The notes below the pieces were generated by a model that saw only the letters and a list, made by a program, of their open reading frames with translations, searched no databases and had not been told where the DNA came from. A stretch of DNA of 64,000 nucleotides from Azolla caroliniana (taxonomy: Eukaryota > Plantae > Polypodiophyta), in assembly GCA_043228905.1 (NCBI GenBank), contig JBHGNT010000011.1, positions 5,146,001 to 5,210,000 on the forward strand, read 5' to 3'. Shown here piece by piece: positions 62,396 through 64,000 of the stretch. Positions within the stretch are counted from its first letter, which is position 1. Each line of letters begins with the position of its first letter. A program made the translations under genes and the position numbers.

Positions 62396-64000
62396 GAAGA
62401 GATGAATCTAGAGCTAAAGCCCTTATTATCCACTTCATGGATATGGACAAGAAATAAGCTTTCCTATCTAAAAGAAGGGCACTCAAGGGTGAGAAAATAT
62501 ACTTGGATGACAATCTAACTCCAGCTCAAGTGGCACACCACAAAGAAAACATGCCACGAGTGCTCAATGCAAGGAAGGAAAATGGGTTGTATATAGAGAT
62601 GGTAGGGTCATTATTACAAAGAAGAGAAACGTAAGACGACGTATGGCCTCTAAGACCCTATGCATGACTATATGGAATTGCAACAGCTCTCTATGGACAG
62701 ATGTCGGTTATTTTGAAGATACCTTCAAAAACATTGCTACGTATACAGAGACCCACCAATGCATGGCTAGCAAACTCCCCAATGCACAAGGATATAGATG
62801 GGAGTCAATATGTCATCCTCAACCTTGGACACCAAGAAGCACTAGAGGTTCGAGAGGAGTGGCTGTGTTATACAAAAAGGAGCTCCTATGATGATAGAGT
62901 GCATGTTGTGCATAAGGACGTAGATGCACGTTACATGTGGATACAAATCAACAGAGGGGATCTTAGGGAACTATATATTGCAATTTGCTACTTTCCACTG
63001 CATACTCAAGGTTTGCACCTCTCCGTGAATCACCATATCTATCATCATAAGATTGCTACTATGGGGGAGATAATACTATTAGGGAACTTCAATGCATGAA
63101 CTAAGGATGAACAAACAACTATGTTTGACACCAATGAGGCTGTTTATGGAGAAGTTATGGCAGAAGACTTACTCTAAAGCGACAAGCTCAAGATATAGGT
63201 GCTATAACTGAATATGGCAAACACTTTCTAGCCTTCAGAAGTGCGCATGGATTTGTGATATATAATGGACTGCCATGATGGCCTGGATCGGATGCTTTGA
63301 CATGTTGGAACCCAAAAGGAGGTGCAAGCACAGTCAATTACAGAATGGGATATCCATCTCTTACACCTGAAATAAGAGAGTTCATGCATATCTACGCTTT
63401 GAGGTGAAAGATGGATGCACAAAGGATGTATATGCTAAGGAGAGTGGGTTGGCTAAGTATCAATTCACTTGAGAGACAATTGATGTGAATAGTTGTGGAG
63501 TATACAATGGCATGCTACATTTGAACCCTTTCACACCCTAGATGAAGTTACCCAACAATTGATGTGAATAGTTGTGGAGTATACAATGGCAGAAGACTTA
63601 CTCTAAAGCGACAAGCTCAAGATATAGGTGCTATAACTGAATATGGCAAACACTTTCTAGCCTTCAGAAGTGCGCATGGATTTGTGATATATAATGGACT
63701 GCCATGATGGCCTGGATCGGATGCTTTGACATGTTGGAACCCAAAAGGAGGTGCAAGCACAGTCAATTACAGAATGGGATATCCATCTCTTACACCTGAA
63801 ATAAGAGAGTTCATGCATATCTACGCTTTGAGGTGAAAGATGGATGCACAAAGGATGTATATGCTAAGGAGAGTGGGTTGGCTAAGTATCAATTCACTTG
63901 AGAGACAATTGATGTGAATAGTTGTGGAGTATACAATGGCATGCTACATTTGAACCCTTTCACACCCTAGATGAAGTTACCCAACAATTGATGTGAATAG
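62396..64000 (+). pseudogene. Degenerate LINE (ORF1 end + endonuclease), same group as LINE F, upstream of the AP4M exons (probably intronic)
   Basis: KIYLDDNLT, MTIWNCN, ETHQ, RGSRGVAVLY, AICYFP, GNFNA. Confidence 0.85.
63157..64000. repeat. 429-bp perfect tandem duplication running off the window
   Basis: 63157-63585 is repeated from 63586; ORFs 63228..63422 and 63657..63851 are identical. Confidence 0.95.

Noticed and set aside
58759-64000. Further AP4M exons and ORF 59677..59931 as a gene
   Set aside because: No segment matching the expected upstream mu4 sequence (EIRLALNEDL-like) was found; the small ORF has no motif support.

Overview
Eukaryotic nuclear DNA from a land plant, most likely a non-seed plant such as a fern (inferred from a Tcn1-like chromovirus, spliceosomal introns and a long TE-filled intron). 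The window is a nest of transposons next to the 3' half of one host gene, AP-4 adaptor mu subunit (minus strand, 56251-58758). Retroelements: three young Tork/Tnt1-like copia copies (A 6560-17397; B 9117-14619 nested in A; intact C 20372-25706), a related solo LTR, older copia relics, a chromodomain Ty3/gypsy element (35895-41535) with a probable self-priming PBS, and several LINEs. The most interesting object is a large DNA transposon (<1-17983, plus a deleted second copy at 47299-~48500). It carries a Sola-like DDD transposase head-to-head with an intron-containing gene that fuses a ParB/Srx-like domain to an N4C/N6A-type amino-methyltransferase domain (DIPY motif). The first intron of that gene holds six 25-bp palindromes phased every 51 bp, and the same phased array recurs beside the second transposase copy. 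All domain calls are from motifs read by eye; no database search was run.
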